A stretch of 64,000 nucleotides of DNA from assembly GCA_030770535.1 (NCBI GenBank), contig JASVEC010000014.1:992001-1056000 (forward strand), given 5' to 3'. The notes under the pieces were generated by a model, which was given only the letters and a program-made list of their open reading frames with translations, was not told the origin of the DNA and did not search any database. Position 1 is the stretch's first letter; each line of letters begins with the position of its first letter. The translations under genes and the position numbers were made by a program. Positions 61,283 through 64,000 of this stretch are shown here, one piece after another. This stretch comes from Batkoa obscura. Lineage: Eukaryota.

Positions 61283-63149
61283 TTTTATTATTAAAACAAC
61301 TTGTGTTAATTTATTTGCATTCCATTCAAGTGGCTTATATACTTTTTGAAAATAAATAACATATAAAGAACATTATTCTATTTATAGACAAAATTCTAAT
61401 ATGAAATTGGGCTAAATGATCATAAACATTAGAAGTCAAATCTGTATCATGTTTTGATCTGTCATTTATTAAAAAAATAATAAATGGTCTAATCACAAGA
61501 TTTTTATACTTGAAAAATATCTGCATTTTTTCATTTATTGCTCCTTAACCGTACAATCCTTTATTTCAACCATTAATCAAAATCATTTGTCTTACAACAG
61601 TATCATAAGAACGTATCAATATTATAATAAACCTCTTTATAAGCAAATAATTTTATTTCAATACTAATGAGCCTCAAATTCAATAACACCAATTGGATCA
61701 TATGGACAAAATTTATCATTTTGACCCAACATCTTTTAACTTTTGTAACGGTCAAGTGAATAAAAAAAATCATTTTACTTAATAAATTCTTGAATGAACC
61801 TCAGCTTGCTTTAAAATTTAAAAAAAGGCGAATTAATAAATCAATTTTGAGTCAAAGAATAAAAATAATGTATTTAAATATTAAGTCTTGATTAAACTTC
61901 GATTTAAAATATTGTAAATGATCTATATTTATTCATTTATTTTATTATGCAGTTTTGATTAACATATTTCCTTATTAAGGTATTTTGTTTTATCAATAGT
62001 TTAATAATATTATTTATTTCAACTCTTATTTTTTATATTATAATTGACACTATAATAATAGTAATAAATCTAAAAGCTATTTAAGTTCTATCATGTTCAA
62101 CAATGAGTTTATAAACTGTAATAGTGATATAATATTAGCTTATAAATTATCTTATAATAAAACTGTATAATTTATTTTTTTAAATCACAACAAGTTTTCT
62201 AATATTCATTAGAGAAAAAGATTAGACAAGAAAGAATATGGAGGTGAACACTGGAAAAAGGAGGGATCCTTAGATAACAAAAGGAAAGTCAAGATAATGG
62301 AGAGAGATAAGTAAAAAGAAAATCCAGTAAACAATTTAATGGGAAGAGAAGATAGCTCTGTTTCATCATTATAAAAAATATTGTTATTTCAAAATTTTTA
62401 ATAGACTTAATAACCATAAACTTTAATACTATAATAAAAAATTAAATTTAACAATAAAGTTTTATTTCAATAAGACTGTATGCTATATCATAGTAATTTT
62501 TATTTTTATTATCATAACTTTAACGCATATTGAATTAATATTCTATCCATGCTCACTACTCTGACCTATCTTTTTCATCGTTGTTTCAATATGACTATCA
62601 CCAAATTCAAGGTTCATCTACAATAAAATATACCACAATGATAATCCTACTTTTCACTTAATAGTCCTATTTCTAGCTGGGTTTGATCATATTGTTGTTA
62701 ACAATTTTGTCGTTTGTCGTCAAAACTATTTACTTATTAACTATACTTCATGTTAGATGGCTTAATCCTATTTATTTAACTTTACAACTAACAAAATAAA
62801 AGATATTATTTTTAACATAATAAACATAATAAACATAATAAACATGAAGGTCCCAATTTAGAGGGATTAAATACATTTCCTGATATCAGCAATACACCCA
62901 ATTCTTTTAATAAAGTATCACAAAAATTAGGAATAATAGTAATATCTTCAGTCATCTTCTGTTAAGAAATAGCAAGTAGATTTTCTAAATCGATTTTCAA
63001 CAATCTAATCTTACAATACCAAGCATTGGGCTAAACTCATTCAAAATATTCAAAATATTTAATTGAAAACTCTTCAATTACTTTAAATTTGTTTGATAAT
63101 TTTTTAAATTATGTTGTAAAATTAGATTATTATTTCTTAATCCTACTTT

Positions 63150-63950
63150 ACAAAAAATTCAGATGGAACTGGGTTAGTAACTGCTATATAATTTTTACAT
63201 CATGCTAACGCTTCTAATAATTTTATATTTTGAGAAGCTATTCAACCAAGGGATAATCCTGGTAAGGTAAGCAATTTGGATAGTGCACTTGTTGATATAC
63301 AATTATGCCAAATTTGAGTGAAGGAAGATAATGGTAATTCACCCTTATATTATGAAAATCGATTGAGTTCATCTGCTAATAAAATATTATTAATGGTTGA
63401 ATTATATTAGTAGTTTCTTTTATCATTGTAAAGTAAGGGGAAATTTAGCTGAGTTGTATGATGTATCAACCAATACTGTTTTAACGTTTTCACTTAAATT
63501 TTATTCAATCTTTTTAAAACAAATATTTCATTTTCTTTCTTCATTAATAATAATAGGAATTTCAACCACCTCTACATCCTAAAGACCTAAGAAATTCATA
63601 ATGTGATCAATAACATAGTATTTATACTATTATCTTATTTCCTTTTCTAATAACCTATACACCTAGTTAAAATTGCTTGTTGAGCATCAGTATCTATTGA
63701 AGTATTTTGTTGATTGAAGTTGACTTTAGAATCTTGTCCACTATAAAGCGAGTTTACTATCAACTCACGTAGTTCTGGATCATTAAAACTATCAGTATAA
63801 CTTAAGTAAATAACTTCAGATCCTTCTATTAATTTATCTGAATCCTTGCTAAGTCCAATTAATACTCTGGTAATATAAGGCTATAGATCGGAATAACGTA
63901 ATAGGTATTTACTGGTACATTTATCTTTACATGACAACATTCATAATTCA
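63150..63950 (-). pseudogene. Possible decayed pepsin-like aspartic protease
   Basis: Fragments RVLIGLS...LIVNSLYS...AILT and VVEIPIIINEERK*NICF...TVLVDTSYNSAKFP follow the order of the pepsin C-lobe, with several stops. Confidence 0.35.
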
Positions 63951-64000
63951 AAGGGACGAAGCATAATTACTTTTCAATTTTAAAAGAGGATAAATAATAT

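Noticed and set aside
62500..63150. Possible coding remnant on + strand
   Set aside because: No sustained frame or recognisable motif.

Overview
Very AT-rich eukaryotic DNA with short GT-AG introns. Zn2Cys6 factors and a GH18-CBM19 chitinase point to a fungus, probably an early-diverging lineage (inference). Compact housekeeping blocks (UTP13, uL15m, ENT3-like epsin, OST4, UTP22, DOHH, importin-11, GatB, PEX10; later GPI-PLD, RPL19, TAF10, mS26-like, RPC4, PPR-like, tRNA-Trp, SPA2-like, chitinase) alternate with repeat-rich islands. The first 4.2 kb is a transposon nest: an LTR retrotransposon 5' end, a ~100-bp MITE and an intact Sola2-like DNA transposon all sit inside an older copy of the same Sola-like element. 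The most striking observation is that the ~450-nt region between the transposase stop codon and the right TIR folds into many helices that are kept in both diverged copies through compensatory and G-U changes, suggesting a transposon-encoded structured RNA. A related MITE (GGGGATGT ends, AWWT target duplications) occurs 13 times, beside three intronless Zn-cluster paralogs and decayed membrane-protein pseudogenes. All calls are by eye, without database searches.
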